Assembly (NCBI RefSeq): GCF_006345805.1
Contig: NC_042997.1
Coordinates: 192,758,001-192,822,000 of the forward strand
DNA: 64,000 nt
Direction of reading: 5' to 3'
Origin: Octopus sinensis
Lineage: Eukaryota
How positions within the stretch are numbered: the stretch's first letter is position 1; every line of letters begins with the position of its first letter. Position numbers and translations under genes: made by a program. Positions 24,540 to 37,724 of the stretch are shown one piece after another. The notes under the pieces are model-generated. The model was not told where the DNA came from. It saw only the letters and a program-made list of their open reading frames with translations, and did not search any database.

Positions 24540-24815
24540 TTTTATCTTTTACTTGTTTCAGTCATTGGACTGCAGCCATGCTGGGACACTGCTTTGAGGA
24601 GTTTTAGTTGAACAGATTAACCATAAGATTTATGGTCTTTATAATGTTTTAGGTTTTTTTTTGTTACAAGGACATAAATCAACACCAGCTGTCAAGTGGT
24701 TGTGAGGGTGTGTGTATGACAAACACAGACACAAAGATACACATTCATAGATATAGATATATATACCAGGCTTCCATACAGTTTCTGTCTACCAAATTTA
24801 CTCACATGTCATTGG
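24540..24815 (-). mobile_element. SINE A variant, degenerate
   Basis: TTACTTGTTTCAGTCATTGGACTG...CCAAATTTACTCAC. Confidence 0.7.
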
Positions 24816-24867
24816 TCAGCTTGGTGTTTTAAAAGGATTTAGTTCATTCGAAACCATGAAGCAAATA

Positions 24868-24941
24868 TATATATATGTATGTATGTATGTGTGTGCGTGT
24901 GTGCATGTATATATATATATATATGTATGTATGTGTGTATG

Positions 24942-24995
<54 letters not shown>

Positions 24996-25057
24996 TGTAT
25001 GTATGTATGTATGTATATGTGTGTGTGTGTGTGTATATATATATACACACACACACA
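24868..25057. repeat. Compound (TA)/(TG)/(TATG) microsatellite
   Basis: Direct inspection. Confidence 0.95.
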
Positions 25058-25324
25058 AACTTCTAGAACAAGGAAATCTACCTATGGTCACTTACTCAAG
25101 GTGCTGCTCAGTAGGACCAAACCCCAAACCATGTGGTTACTAAATGAGCTTATTAACCACACAGCTATACCTACACTAGTGTAATCTCTATTGATTAAAC
25201 TTCCTTTTGACTCAGTCATTATCATCTATTATACTTTCCCCAGTTACGCCTGTTTTGAGCAAACAGAAATTTCAGGAAATGGAATAGAAAGAACACCTTT
25301 TAATCAAATATAGAGCTTGTAAAC

Positions 25325-25495
25325 TAAGAGTATCGTGAAAGGCCTGGCTGGAGGCCCAACCTTCTGAGTTCTTTTACAGGGCTTAGAAAAACTGAAGGAC
25401 CGCTACCATAAGTGTGTGAATCTGAGAGGGGAATATGTTGTATAGAATCATAGTTCACTGATTGTCTTGTATTATCTTTTACCAAAAGCTAGGAC
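25325..25495 (+). mobile_element. mariner transposase C-terminal remnant
   Basis: Frameshifted reading gives ...EFF..GL.KLKDRYHKCVNLRGEYV*, resembling mariner FFxxGIxKLxxRWxKCIxxxGxYVE. Confidence 0.7.
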
Positions 25496-25504
25496 CACTC
25501 CCCT

Positions 25505-25671
25505 CTGTGTATGTATGTGTGTGTGTGTGTATATATATATATACATATGTGTGTGTATGCATATGTGTATATATGAGTGTATAGTTCATTTTGATTACTT
25601 CTAGCGTGTAAAAACTGCCTGTTGAAGGTAGTTTTCTCGTGTTTAAATATACACTATTTTATATTGAGTGT

Positions 25672-25702
<31 letters not shown>

Positions 25703-25821
25703 GTGTATATATGAGTGTATATGTGTGTGTATATATATGTATGTATATATATATGTGTGTGTGTGTGTATATATATGTATGTATATATATGTGTGTGTAC
25801 AGGCCAAGCTTAATATCAAAA

Positions 25822-25883
<62 letters not shown>

Positions 25884-25884
25884 T
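25505..25884. repeat. Compound (TA)/(TG) microsatellite region
   Basis: Direct inspection. Confidence 0.9.
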
Positions 25885-26534
25885 AACTTCTAGAACAAGG
25901 AAATCTGCCTATGGTCACTTGACTTAAAGAAATAATTAGGTTCTTTCATAGAGGAAACATAAAACGAATTTTTATTGTGTGTGTGTGTGTATTTGTAGGT
26001 GTGTTATTTCTGGTATTTGGCTGATAAAAACTCAGCAATATTATGTGGAATTTGTATAGGTGTGTAGAAGAAATGAATAGGTTTTAAACAGTACCCAAGT
26101 ATCAATTTCCAGTAAAACTGAATGTTTATGAATTAATTTTATAATGCTAACTAATATTATGGTAGATATTTTTTTTAAGTCCTGTTCATATTTTAGTTAG
26201 AATCTGTGTCTTAAGAAATTGTTCAAATATTTTATTCCAATTATGAAAATTGTTGATATGTCTAAGGTTACATGTGGCTGTCTGCTAAGAGGTTTGCTTC
26301 ATGGTTTCGGATTAACTAAATCCTTTTGAGTGGATTTGGTAGACAGAAACTGAAAGAAGCTTCTTGTGTGTGTGTGTGTGTGTGTGTGATAAGGTTTCAA
26401 CAAGTATAGTCCTCAATCCACTGAGAGAATTGAGATATTATTTTGTGTTTCACAAGGCTTTATATGTATAATAATATATATGCATTTCCCTTACATGCCT
26501 GTCCAGCTGAGTGTCCCTAATTTTGTGGGCTTGT

Positions 26535-26937
26535 GGGTGCTGATGCCATGTAAAAAGCACCCATACTGTTGCCACATAAACACACACATGCCAGTGCTGC
26601 ATAAAAGCATCCAATGCACTTTTGTAAGATGGTTGGCATTAGGGAGTTCAGGGCACCCAGCCATAGAAACCGTGCCAAAATAGACATGGAGCCTGGACAG
26701 CTCCTGTCAAACCACCCGATCCATGCCAGTATTGAAAACGGATGTTAAGTGATGATGATGTATGTACGTATGTGTGTGTTGTAAAGTGGTTGGCATTAGG
26801 AAGGGCATCCAGCCATAGAAACCATGTCAAAACAGACACATAGAACCTGGTGTAGCTTTCTGGTTTGCCAGCACCTGTCAAACCGTCCAACCCATGCCAG
26901 CATGGAAGACAGACATTAAATGATGATGATGATGATA
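26535..26937 (+). mobile_element. Two tandem family-B (RTE 3' UTR) copies
   Basis: Each ends in GATGATGAT (about 26761 and 26937). Confidence 0.75.
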
Positions 26938-27004
26938 TAAATGTGTGTGTGTGTATATATATATATATATAATATATATATATATATGTGTGTGTTTTTG
27001 TGTG

Positions 27005-27570
27005 TGATGGCACATGGCTTAGTGGTTAGGGCATTCGGCTCATGATCGTAAGGTTGTGAGTTCAATTCCTGGCAACGCTTTGTGTCCTTGAGCAAGACAC
27101 TTTATTTCACGTTTCTCCAGTCCACTTAGCTGACAAAAATGAGTAGTACCTGTATTTCAAAGAAGGGTCAGCCATGTCACACTCTGTGTCATGCTGAATC
27201 TCCTTGCAAACTGCGTTAAGAGTACATGTGTCTGTGGAATGCTCAGCCACTTGCACATTAATTTCATGAGCAAGCTGTTCTGTTGATCAGATCAAATGTA
27301 ACCCTCATCATCGTAACCAACAGAGTGCTTCTATATGTGTGTGTATTACTGTCTCCTTACCTTGACATTCTGTGATAGTTATGAGTATCAGTGTCAGGCA
27401 AGCAGTGACTTGTTTCCAATTTTCCCAAGAGTGCATGTCTGGTCATGAAGAAATGTTAATTTGCTTGGAATTAGGTGAGGGTTGGTAACAGGACAGGCAT
27501 CTGGCTATAGAGAAACCACCTCAACAAATTCTGTCCATCCCATGCAACCATGGAAAAGTGGACACGAAAA
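27005..27570 (+). mobile_element. SINE G (27005-27328) followed by A2 tail module
   Basis: CATGGCTTAGTGGTTAGGG A-box, GAGTTCAATTCC B-box. Confidence 0.8.
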
Positions 27571-28342
27571 AATAACAATAGTCTAAGTTATATTAATATG
27601 AATATTAGATGTTTTGACGTTTCTTCAAATTAAACTGTTTTTTGTTTTTCAACTATTTTCCAGGATGTAATTAACATTGTTACAATAGCTTTTGAATATT
27701 TATTTAGCTGTGACAAATTAACCAATTTGCTATTTTTGTTTATATGCTGAATAATATATTTTTCCACGACTTTACAATAAGCTTATTTTAAAATTCTTCA
27801 GTTAATATATATAATAATAGTGGTTTGTAATGAAAGAAACATTCAGCTGCTGTAACACATTTTCATTTGTCACCCACCTTTCTCATTGTTCAGAACTAAA
27901 ACAACTTTCGGTATGTATCAACCGTGTAGCACTACTTACATGCAAATCGTCTATTTTATAGTTTATTATTGGGTGGTAGGGTATAAACAGAAACACTTGT
28001 CTAATAGGTGTTTTGTTAGTTAATTTTTTCAGTGTAGGAAAACTGATGTATTATTAGTGCAATGATCTATGTAGGCAATGATTCAGTCATTCTTGTGTGT
28101 GAGCAATGTAAACCAGCAAACAATTTCTGCCTCATCTTTGTTTGGCACTCCATCAAGTTGGCTTCATTCTCTCTCTTCCTTTTGTGCTCTGCAGCTAATA
28201 GAAATGTAGACAAGTGGAGTTCAACAAAGCACTAGTAGTAACATGATACAAAATGCTTGACTCTTCAGCCAAGAGACCAACGTCTACTTAGTTGTGGTGA
28301 CACATTTAAAGAATGGAAATCACGATTGCAATATAAACTTAT

Positions 28343-28730
28343 ATAGGCGTAGGAGTGGCTGTGTGGTAAGTACTTTGCTTACGAACCACATGGTACCGGG
28401 TTCAGTCCCACTGCATGGCACCTTGGGCAAGTGTCTTCTACTATAGCCTCGGGCCGACCAAAGCCTTGTGAGTGGATTTGGTAGACGGAAACTGAAAGAA
28501 GCCCATCGTATATATGTATATGTTTGTGTGTCTGTGTTAGTCTCCCCCAACATCACTTGACAACTGATGCTGGTGTGTTTACGTTCCCGTAACTTAGCGG
28601 TTCGGCAAACGAGACCGATAGAATAAGTACTAGGCTTACAAAGAATAAGTCCTAGGGGTCGATTTGCTCAACTAAAGGCGGTGCTCCAGCATGGCCACAG
28701 TCAAATGACTGAAACAAGTAAAAGACCTAA
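28343..28730 (+). mobile_element. SINE A, full length
   Basis: Complete head, core and tail. Confidence 0.9.
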
Positions 28731-29558
28731 AGAGTTATATTAAAATATCTAACATTAATCCATTGTCACTGAATACAAGTTTTTATTATTAGATTTAGAC
28801 TCTGTTTTAACGAGGCTATTTTTCAAAGTTACTCTTTTCTACTCTTTTCTTTATTACTAAGCCATCATTAATTATGTTCATATTTTTTTTCTTTCACCCC
28901 ATACTGTTTTTTTTATTACAACTATGCTCCTAGAACCCATTTAATTACACTAATTTTGTTTGCTAGCAACCAAGTATTATTAAATTTCATTGAATATATC
29001 TTATTCTACTTCATGTATTTTTCCTTAAAATCAACACCTTACACATATTACACCTTAATACAAACAAATTAGCATTTACACACCATCTGTTATAATATCT
29101 AGACAGGTGTTGCAATACCTGGGATGGTAGATCTACTTTAGTCACTGCCATTCCAGAAAGAATTCAGAAGACTTCTGCCTCTCATAACCTTTAGATTCTG
29201 AATCACTAGGTCATGCTGTGTCTTTCCTGATATTTCTATCATTACTATGCCAAAGTCTGCTATTCCAAACTTGCCAGCTGTGCCAAATATGTTACAGGAA
29301 ATTATCTACTGCAACCAGTTTTCTGCATCTCAGTGCCAGTTCTATTCTCTCTCTTTTTTTTTTTTTAATCTCCATAGCAAACCCAAAGATTTTGATTATG
29401 AGAAGTTCTTAAAATTTTAAATCCATAACTATTTAAAGATTCTTACAAGGCATATGAATCTTAAGTTCCCCCTGTCTCCTAATTGACAAGTTGTACATGG
29501 GCCTAGGTCAAACCTTTTTCTCCATCATCATCATTATCATCAATTTCATCATTATTAA

Positions 29559-29778
29559 CCCTTTTGTTACCAACCCGGCTGAAACCGGCTCTGACTCTGA
29601 GTACAAATGTCTTGTTTTCATAGGTTTTGAATTAAAATCTTCCACCAAACCTTAGTCACAATTCATGTTCCTAACACTAGCTGAATGATAACTAAATTAT
29701 TTTACTAAATTCTTTGTTATATTTAAAGTAATTGAAAGAAACACAGAGCATCTCAAAATAAATACAGTAACGAAAGGG
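29559..29778. mobile_element. MITE C inserted at the TTAA at the head of a SINE D copy
   Basis: TTAA|CCCTTTTGTTAC...GTAACGAAAGGG, then TGGTAAGCTGGC (right TTAA lost). Confidence 0.85.
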
Positions 29779-29989
29779 TGGTAAGCTGGCTGAACTATTA
29801 GCATGCTGGGCAAAATGCTTAGCAACAGTTCATCTGTCTATATGTTCTGAGTTCAAATTCCACCGAGGTCAACTTTGCCTTTCATCCTTCAGTGGTCCAT
29901 TAAATTAAGTACCAGTTGAACACTGGGGTCGAAGTTATCGACTTACCCCCCCCCCCCGAAATTGCTGGCCTTGTGCCAAACTCTGAAAC

Positions 29990-30036
<47 letters not shown>

Positions 30037-30360
30037 TATTATTATTATTATCATCATCATCATTAGTATCATCATCACCATTATTATCATCATCACCATT
30101 ATCATCATCATCATTATCATCGTCATTATTATTATCATCATCATTATTAAGGTGGCAGCAAGCTGGCAGAATCATTAGCATGCCGGACAGAATGCTCAGT
30201 GATATTTCTTCTGGCTTTACATTCTAAGTTCAAATTCTGCTGAGGGAAGCTTTGCAGCATTGCTAAAATAAGTACCAGTTGAGCACTGGTGTCATTGTAA
30301 TCAACTAGCCCTCTTCCTCAAAATTTCAGGCCTTCAGCCTGTAGCAGAAAAAAATTATTA
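29779..30360 (+). mobile_element. Two SINE D copies separated by (ATT)n/(ATC)n
   Basis: GCTGGCAGAATC head, GAGTTCAAATTC B-box, GCCTTTCATCC..AAGTACCAGTTG core, GGCCTTGTGCC tail. Confidence 0.8.
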
Positions 30361-30774
30361 CTATGGTGGTGGCACTGGCAGTGTCTTAACGTCTGTTTCG
30401 CCATTTTTGTGATATTCATATCACCAAACCTTAATGCCTCTTGTTCATTCAGCAGGTTGGTTTTATGTTTAAATCCCAATGAGGTCAACTTGAATGTTTG
30501 TCCATCTGGATTTCTTCCAGTTTAAAAAAAAATCAATTAGTCCTGGGGTCAAGTCAGTTGACCATGTCCTCTTTTCCTTAAGAAAAATCAATATATCACC
30601 TTTGCTGTTCTACCTTATGATATCAATGACATATTTAATCACATAAACGTCCTGCTACCAAACATTATGCCAAAGCAACACACAGTGATAAGTCTACCCT
30701 GACGCACACTCTTCTAATTTTTGGTATATCTCGGGTTTGGTTATGTCTCCCACCCACACTGTTCTTTCTGTACA

Positions 30775-31003
30775 TTAACCAATTTAGCATTCAGATTATT
30801 CTGCCAAATGTAATGCTTATATACTCACATTGTTTTGAATTAATCAAGTATTATCTTGCAGTTTCAATATTTCATTGACATGATTGTTTATTTCTAGAAA
30901 GACAATGTAGAATAAATATGAGATGCCAGATCTGGCCAGTTTGAAGATAAAACAAGTAGAATATTTGAGCTGGATATGACCAGCTTAAATGCTAAAGGGT
31001 TGA
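30775..31003. mobile_element. piggyBac-like MITE family E
   Basis: TTAACC..TTAGCATTCAG...AATGCTAAAGGGTTGA. Confidence 0.75.
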
Positions 31004-32186
31004 TATCCTTTCTACTTTCACTTCTAATTACACATATTTACTATGTAGGAATGATACCATCCTTCATTCCACTGTAACTTTAACACTTACATTAGTCATG
31101 ATCACTCCATGTTGAAACAATCTCTCTATATATAGACAAAATACAAAACCTAAGTTTAATATTTGTAACAAAGTTACTACAAATACTAAAGCTCACAATC
31201 TCTGGTGATGATCTCCCACGATGATGTAATATATATAACATTACCGAATTTGCATCCCAAAGGCTATGCTTTTTCTTCAAGTCCATGAAGTCGTCTATCT
31301 GACCAGTTGCTGATTAAAACTTAAGAATACTGCTCACATATCTAGGGTGGTACTGCTACAACATGCTAAAGCGTCCTAGATTGAAAAGATTCCTTCATCA
31401 ATACAGCCAGTCTTTCAGATGCACTCTTTCTGGTATTGGTATGCATTCTATTGGCTCCAAGAGCTGTAAAAACAAAACTAAGTTAATTCTGAATATAGAT
31501 GACTTAGTGTTTTTGTGCTGCTGCTGCTACTACTACTACTACTATTACTACTGCTACAACTACTACTGTTACCACATACCCCAATATTGTCCATTCTGTA
31601 TGCTAGCAACCAACATCCTGGTTTCCATAGATTTCATGTATTTTCTTAAAAATCAACACTTTATGACCTTTACTGATCTTTGCTGTTTGGCTGCCACTTT
31701 TCAATTTCTTCAATTTCTGTTCCAATAGATTTCATATTTGGTGAGTTTATGTAATTTTGTAAGCTAATCATTGACATGAAATTCATTTTCATCATAAATC
31801 AATAAATAAAGAATTAATAGCTTTTAAATTTTGCAAGTTTTGGGTAATTTTAACCAGTCATAAGCCACAGACACATACATGCTTGCTTCCATAGTAACAA
31901 ACCAAACTGTTACTGAGTTGCTTACTCACGCAATCATTTTCACTTATTAAATGATGATCATGCTAAAAATAATAGCTAAATAGGCCTTAAATCACACACC
32001 AAAAATTTTTGTGGGGTAGGTGGGGGGTTGCATAATCATATGAATTCCCATGTGTAGAATACAAATTTAGAAAAACTTTTTGAAAACTCCAAGAAATCAA
32101 AAAAGTTATGGCATGCGTAAAGCAGAATTTCATTGTTTACAGTTGACAACATGTGCTGACATGTACCAAATATAATAATCATGAAA

Positions 32187-32712
32187 TTATTATATAGTGC
32201 TCAGGTGCACCACAACTTGTCAAAAATGCATATAAAGCATATGCAGTAATGTACAAATGTCTGGAATGTGAACAGTTTATGAGTCAGATACATGCTTGCG
32301 TGTGTATGGTGGTGGGGGGGGGGAGAAAATCAGGTGTAGTGTTGGCGAATCTCAGGAAGCATGGAAGTTTTGAAGGATGCAGTGCTCCAACAACTAACAA
32401 CTGATGCCGGCAGTTTTTCCATACTTCAGCAACTCTTAGCGTGAAAAAATGTTTCTGAAAGTCATGGGAGCTGTGCTGTTTTCTGACTTTGTAAACATGT
32501 CCACAGGTGTTAGACAGGTTGAATTTGAAAAGGTGCTCAGTGTTATTGTTTGTAAGATGGTTGATAATTTTATGGGTGTCTGCCAAGTCAGCTGCCAGAT
32601 GTCGGAGTTTCAATGTATCCATGCCCAGGGAAGTAAGGCATTCAGAATATGGCAAATGCCTGATGTGACAGCTTCCAAGTCCTGTTTTCTGACTGGGTAA
32701 AAATGATCAAAC
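32187..32712 (-). mobile_element. CR1-clade LINE 3' fragment
   Basis: PYSECLTSLGMDTLKLRHL...TCGHVYKVRKQ...HFFTLRVAEVWK matches CR1 RT C-terminus (YEERLxxLGL...RGHxxKL...FFxxRVxxxWNxLP). Confidence 0.85.
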
Positions 32713-32929
32713 TTTAAACCTCTAGCTTCTTTCAAAAAATTTTCTCGTAAAAGTTAAATACCTCCTGAGATTCAGAGTAGAAAATTACATCACTTCACCA
32801 AATTTTAAAGTTTTCATTAAACTTGTAAATTTCCACAGTTGCAGCCAAACAGAAAAGATTCCCTTTCACATTTTTATAGAATCAGATCAACACTACACAC
32901 CTGTTTCCTTCAAATCTCAATAATACACC

Positions 32930-33530
32930 TTTTATTCTTTAACTTGTTTCAGTCATTTGACTGTAGCCATGCTGGGGCACCACCTTAAGGCGTTTTAGTC
33001 AAAGAAATCAACCGCAGGAGACTTATTCTTTGTAAAGTTTAGTACTTATTCTATCAGTCTCTTTTGTTGAACTGCTAAGTCACAGGGACATAAGCACACC
33101 AACATCGGTTGTCAAGCAATGGGGTGGGGTGACTAACATAGACACACACATATAGGACGGGTTTCTTTCAGTTTCCGTCTACCAAATCCACTCACAAGGC
33201 TTTAGTCGACCCAAGGCTATAGTAGAACATGCCATGCAGTGGGACTGAACCTGGAACTATGTGGTTGGGAAGCAAGCTTCTTACCACACAGCCATGAGAA
33301 ACTGGTATTATATTCTTTCTACTATAGGCACAAGGCCTGAAAATTTGGAGGAAGGGGCTAATTGTTTACATTGACCCTCCCAGTTCGCAACTGGTACTTA
33401 TTTCATCAACCCCAAGATGATGTGAGGCAAAGTTGACCTCGGTGATATTTGAGCTCAGAATGTAAAGCTGGAAGAAATGTCATGAAGCATTTTGTCTGGC
33501 ATGACAACGATTTCATCAGCTCGCAACCTT
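32930..33530 (-). mobile_element. SINE A (32930-33297) adjacent to SINE D (33307-33530)
   Basis: Reverse-complement matches to both families. Confidence 0.8.
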
Positions 33531-33957
33531 TTTAAAATTTTGGCACAAGGCCAGCAATTCTAGATATAATATCAAATCTGAAAATGTTGAGCCTCACAGA
33601 AGAGATAAACATGGGAGTAAAACAATGGATGCCATTTTGCAATCCGTTGTGGCTTCCCAGCAGAAAATGGAAGTTTTAGAAATACGATGATAATGATGAC
33701 ATAACATGTTAAGTTAATTATGCATTATGTTAATTGTTTAATTAGTCTTGATAATTTTTTTCTATTGTTGCCATGTACATGTGAAGTTTCTTAGTGTTTG
33801 CACACTGAAAGCTTTTCACTTGAAAAAATAATCCTCATTTTTTTTTTTTTTTTTTGTATTTTTTAAAATATATTCTTTTGTTCCATTGTTTTTGTAAATT
33901 TTAGACTTTTCAAATGTAAGCTGTGAAACAAAACTTTATATCACATTATATGATATA

Positions 33958-34330
33958 TAGGTGCAAACATGGCCATGTGGCTTCTTTCTCCCCAATCACA
34001 TGGTTTCAGGTTCAGTCCCACTGCATGGCACCTTAAGCAAGTGTCTTTTTCTGTAGCCTCATGAGTAAATTTGGTGGATGGAAATAGAAAGCAGTCCATT
34101 GTATATACGTGTGTGTGTATCTTTGTATGATAGTTGTAAATAAGCATCAACGTTATATAAGCGGTGTCCTTCATTTTCAGTCTTCAATGAAAACCTGTCC
34201 TTGATTAGAAACAAGTGAAGGATGGTGACAAGAAGGACATTTGGCCAAAGAAAATCTGCCTCAGCTAATTCTGTCTAACCCATGCAAGCATGAAAAAGAT
34301 AGATGTTAAGACAATGATAATGATGATATG
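33958..34330 (+). mobile_element. SINE A2
   Basis: A head GGTTCAGTCCCACTGCATGGCACC, ends AGATGTTAAGACAATGATAATGATGAT. Confidence 0.7.
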
Positions 34331-34362
34331 TATATATGAACTACTGAATGAAAGATATATTT

Positions 34363-34812
34363 TTAATCCTTTAGCATTTAACCCTTTTGTTACCAACCTG
34401 GCTGAAACCAGCTCTGGCTCTGAGTACAAATGTCTTGTTTTCATAAGTTTTGAATTAAAATCTTCCACTAAACCTTAGTCACAATTTATTTTCCTAACAC
34501 TAGCTTAATGATAACCAAGTTATTTTACTAAATTCTTTGTCATATTTAAAGTAATTGAAAGAAACACAGAGCATCTCAAAATAAATATAGTAACGAAAGG
34601 GTTAAACTGTCCACCATCAGGCCCAAATATTCTGTCTGTTTTGTGTTGAAACTGACTGGTTCTAGCCTCTCACACCTACCTACAATGTCATTCTAAATAT
34701 AAACAATCATCTCATTGAAATCTTGAATCTGTGACATTTTGCAGGATTAATTCAAAACAATGCAAATAAATAAGCATTACATTTGACAGAATAATCTGAA
34801 TGTAAGAGAGTC
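34363..34812. mobile_element. MITE E with MITE C (34382-34601) nested at an internal TTAA
   Basis: E start TTAATCCTTTAGCAT, TTAA|C element|TTAA, E body resumes. Confidence 0.85.
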
Positions 34813-35771
34813 AAAGATATAAAGTTTTTATTTTAATGTTTAGATTTGTAATTATGCTGCATTGTCTTTTGAATCTAGTTATCTGGTGTATGAAATTCTT
34901 AGACTAAATCTAATGAAACTATTGTTTTCATCCTGCTTGGTATAGTTTTCAGACATCAGCATTACTTTTGACTTAGGCCCTTCCAATATCAATAAAAAAA
35001 ATCATAGAAGGAATCAAGGCAGGATTAAAACCCATAGAGGCCCTAAGCACTTAAAAGATTTTGGTGCCCCCATATATATATATAATTCAAAATATACATG
35101 ATAATAAACCAACAAATAAATTTTTAATTTTTTTATATTTCTACTTTATATTTGCAATTAAAAGGAGAAAACGTTTCAGTTTTATCCAGTCCTCAAAATT
35201 AATCTTATGTAACACTTCTGCTTCTATACTTAGAGATGAGGCATCCTGAATATTATTTTAGCAAGTTTATAGTGATTTCTTTTGTGCTGTAAACCATTTA
35301 CTATTTCTGTGTTTTCTTTTTTCTTCTTCCCTTGATGCCCTAAGCACATATTTATTTTATTTTATGGTTAATCCAGTGCTGGAAGGAAGGACAGTAGCCA
35401 TGATATTTTTGCAAAGCTTTCATGATGAAGGAAAAGAAGTTGTGAATCATCCCTAGACTGGAGGTCTGCTCTACAGGACAAAGTGGACATTGCCATAGAT
35501 ACCCAAGGGTCAGATGGTGATGGTAAACTAAATGGTTGATCTAGTCTACCTTCTGAGATCATGTCAGGTTCATTTAATAATTTCTGCTCAATCTACATCT
35601 ACCCAGCTTCACTACCAGGCTTGCGTCAATCTACAGATGTGATAAAAGAAACTTGCCAAAGATACTGTTCTCTGCGTTTGAACCTAAAATGACATGATTG
35701 GGAAACAGCTTTCTTGACCTCAAGGTTTACCTTTTAATGTCTCATATTAATTGTTCTGATGAAAGTCATAA

Positions 35772-36005
35772 TCATCATCATCATTTAACGTCCACTTTCC
35801 ATACTAGTATGGGTTGGATCATTTGACTGAGGACTGGCGAACCAGATGGCTACACCAGGCTCCAATCTGATCTGGCAGAGTTTCTACAGCTAGATGCCCT
35901 TCCTAATGCTAACCACTCTGAGAGTGTAGTGGGTGCTTTTATGTGCCACCGGCATGAGGGCCAGTCAGGCAGTACTGGCAACAGCCATGCTTAAATGGTG
36001 TTTTT
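35772..36005 (-). mobile_element. Family B (RTE 3' UTR)
   Basis: ATCATCATCATTTAACGTCCACTTTCCAT... Confidence 0.85.
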
Positions 36006-37330
36006 TTGAAAGTCATTTTGTAAAAAGAAATGCAATAATAATCCATTAGCTATCATTGCTCTCTCTGGCTAGCCTTTGTTACATCACCACTGTCCCTGCA
36101 TTAGTTGGCAACATCAGCCAGGAACTGTATATTTTCCTTCCATCTCCACATTTTCACCATAATTATAATTCTTGTCTCTTTTCGACTTTATATGTAAATG
36201 TAGATTTCTTTTGATTTGGAATGTAATTCCTGTGGCATAGGGAAATTTAGAGGTGAATATTATATTTACTTTTTAAACCACAAATGAAACAAGATCTGTT
36301 TTTATTGTGGCACTAATGCAAAATTATCAATTCACTTGATTATAAACTTGTCACCTTATAGCTTGTTCAGAAGGCTTGGTTTGGAGTAATTATTTCTTCT
36401 TTGGCCTTTAACTGGAACTAGTTATCTAATTTTCTGGCAAACCTTAAACACAAATGTATCCTTTATATTATTAAGTTAATAGTTTGGAAAAGTTAGGTTA
36501 ATGGTTGAAGCCTCACTTGTTAAATGGGACAAATTTAGTTATTGTGAGAATTGCAATGAGTGCTACATTCCAGAACATTCTGGAGCTGTTTTTAAGCATA
36601 GTTAAACACCTTTTTTATGCTATGCTTTCTTTATCCCCATTCTACTTCCAGCCAGTTTTAGTTGATGCTGATCTGTAAAAATTGACCAGCTTATTTTGGA
36701 ATGCACCTTTGTCTGCTGCAAAATTCCAAAAGAAAAATGCTGTCTCAATTATTTGGCATAAATAAAACTAAATAATCAAATGTTGACTTACAAAAGATTA
36801 AGAATGCCAAGGAATAAAGCCAATAAGATTTGAAGTATACCACCTAGAATATTCAAGATACCAACTTTAAAAGGAGGTTAGATAAATATGGTAAAAATGT
36901 TGATGAACTTTAATAAATAAATTGCATTCAAGTGGTTTGCAATATACTTATCATTCTCTAATTAATAATAATAATAGTAATAATTTGTTCTTCACTCCAT
37001 AAATTTATTGTTGCTTTAAAGCTCTCATTTGGCAATTAACTTCTAATTAATCTGATTATATCAGTTATTCTTGAAACTATTTTCTTGATCACCAATTTCT
37101 GAGAAATATTCTTTTTTTTTATAGAAATTTAAATAGAAGCAATAGTAAACATCCAGACAGAAAATGTACAAAGATAGCAAAAAGTACAATGAAAGTACAG
37201 TGTTTTAATGGGAAAGCATCATTGAAAAACAACTAATATTATTGCATTAGTTAGCATATGATTTTGTTGAATGGAAAAATGAATGGATCAACACAAGACA
37301 AGTACAATTTACAAGAGAGGTGTTGAGTTA

Positions 37331-37724
37331 TCTCTCTATATATAAAGCTGAAGTTGTCTGTGTGTGGCAGGTTTGGTAGCCTTCAACTAACACTATCTCC
37401 TTCGAGACCGTGTGGTGCAAGTTGACCAAAATTGAGAGTATGATAGAAGAAGGCTTGCTCTTCCTTCCGTAGAAGAAAAAATTCAAATCGGACCATGTTA
37501 ACACCAAAAATTATTTACATCAAAAAGGTGCTTTTTTTCTATGAAAATCCCTATTTTTTATGATTTTTTTGACTGCTGTGTTGCCATTTTTCGGTGTATT
37601 TCAACCAGAAAAATGTTCACTTAAAGAGAATAACAAGCTACATAATGCAAAATTTTTACTTTTCAAAAATTCCAATTCTAAAGGGCCGATACAAACCCGA
37701 GCAACCACCAGGCGATACTGCTAG
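37331..37724 (+). mobile_element. Non-autonomous Helitron
   Basis: A|TC...CTAG|T termini, TCTCTCTATATATAAAG 5' end, imperfect GC-rich subterminal hairpin before CTAG. Confidence 0.8.

Noticed and set aside
24816-25893. Many ORFs rich in YI/VC/HT repeats (also 2264, 52406-52805 and others)
   Set aside because: Translations of (TA)/(TG)/(CA) microsatellites.
29900-30227. Poly-I/L/S and poly-D/N ORFs
   Set aside because: Translations of the (ATT)n/(ATC)n tract between SINE D copies.
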